IMG/VR virus record: IMGVR_UViG_3300042090_000646
Span: 14,564 to 78,563 of that record
Origin: a virus
DNA length: 64,000 nucleotides
Strand: one strand, 5' to 3'
Positions 63,391 to 64,000 of this stretch are shown here, piece by piece (position 1 is the first letter of the stretch; the number at the start of each line of letters is the position of its first letter). A model generated the notes under the pieces. That model worked only from the letters and a program-made list of their open reading frames with translations, did no database searches and was not told the origin of the DNA. Both the position numbers and the translations under genes were made by a program.

Positions 63391-63454
63391 GTGATACAGA
63401 AAAATATTTTTTTGGACGTTCATGGACGTAGAATGTCGCACAAAGGGGTTTGAC

Positions 63455-64000
63455 GTGGCAGGTGGTTGGGTTGGAAATCTCAAAAAGATCAAAGGCATCT
63501 ATTGGTGTCGCTTCAAGGCCGACAAAAAGGAACATCACCGGACCACCGGAGAGGCCCTGCTGCCAAAGGCTCAGAAGTGGCTGGCCGACTTCCGGGAGTC
63601 CCTGACCGCCATCAAGGAGGACCGCGCCCCGGCACCGACGGTCCAGGCCCTCCTGGACGAATGGGAGCGGTGCCATCCTGGTCCCGACTCTGAATCTCAT
63701 GTCGACCGGGTCAAGCGGGACTTCCGGCTCTACCTGCTGCCGGAGTTCGGTTCTACCCCTGCCGACCAGATCACCGCGCCTGACATCCTCCGCATCCGGC
63801 GCACCTTCCTGGCCGGGACCACCGATAAGGGTCGGCGGCACACCAAGCAGGGGGCGAACAATATGCACCGGCACTTCCGCCTGGTGTGGCGCTGGGCCAT
63901 AGAGGAAAAACTCCTCACCGAGATGCCCTGGAAGATCAAGGGGCTCCGGGTCCAGCGCAAGCCAAGGTTCACCCTCCCAGCCGATTCTGTGGACGAGTTC
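63455..64000 (+). CDS. Tyrosine integrase, N-terminal part (runs off the window)
   Basis: Open frame GIYWCRFKADKKEHHRTTGE..LLPEFGSTPADQIT..GANNMHRHFRLVWRWA (arm-binding and core-binding domains); alternative ATG at 63422. Confidence 0.8.
   Translation, partial: MAGGWVGNLKKIKGIYWCRFKADKKEHHRTTGEALLPKAQKWLADFRESLTAIKEDRAPAPTVQALLDEWERCHPGPDSESHVDRVKRDFRLYLLPEFGSTPADQITAPDILRIRRTFLAGTTDKGRRHTKQGANNMHRHFRLVWRWAIEEKLLTEMPWKIKGLRVQRKPRFTLPADSVDEF

Larger units (their letters stand above)
1..64000. mobile_element. Temperate myophage/prophage; both ends lie outside the window
   Basis: Complete head, contractile tail, lysis, repressor, replication and packaging modules plus an integrase; no host core genes recognised. 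Confidence 0.93.

Noticed and set aside
63341-63874. 346-aa version of the DUF6011 ORF
   Set aside because: A promoter and RBS sit directly before ATG 63340; the extension is antisense to the integrase
1-64000. Naming the host taxon or att sites
   Set aside because: No host genes or prophage boundaries are in the window; only a GC-rich diderm host can be inferred from composition and spanins

Overview
The whole 64-kb window reads as one GC-rich temperate myophage or prophage; I found no host housekeeping genes, rRNA, tRNA or CRISPR array. Order: (1) 1-7080, minus strand: large low-complexity proteins, including a 993-aa protein with a PI3K/HipA-like kinase domain fused to an R-S-ExE ADP-ribosyltransferase. 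(2) 7209-26728: head protease, scaffold, A511/SPO1-type major capsid protein, neck, baseplate and contractile tail genes, with an oppositely oriented baseplate/tail-fibre block. (3) Lysis: GH108 endolysin, holin-like protein, i/o-spanins, implying a diderm host. (4) XRE repressor, then recombination and replication genes (RecT-like, J-domain protein, initiator with iterons, DnaB). (5) Accessory genes, DNA methyltransferase, terminase, portal and MuF. (6) An intact 3.58-kb IS1595-group element carrying a controller-methylase-endonuclease operon. (7) Small-gene cassettes behind operator-containing sigma70 promoters with two paralogous HTH genes (acr/aca-like layout), thyX, and the 5' part of a tyrosine integrase. 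The best candidate for an undescribed system is the left-end cluster: these proteins share a short [HY]xRx(2-3)NGKxVx[VIT] motif at the N-terminus or just after the same hydrophobic-x-K/[SAG] site seen in the head proteins. This suggests protease-matured, capsid-packaged effectors delivered with the DNA. All calls come from manual motif reading, with no database searches.
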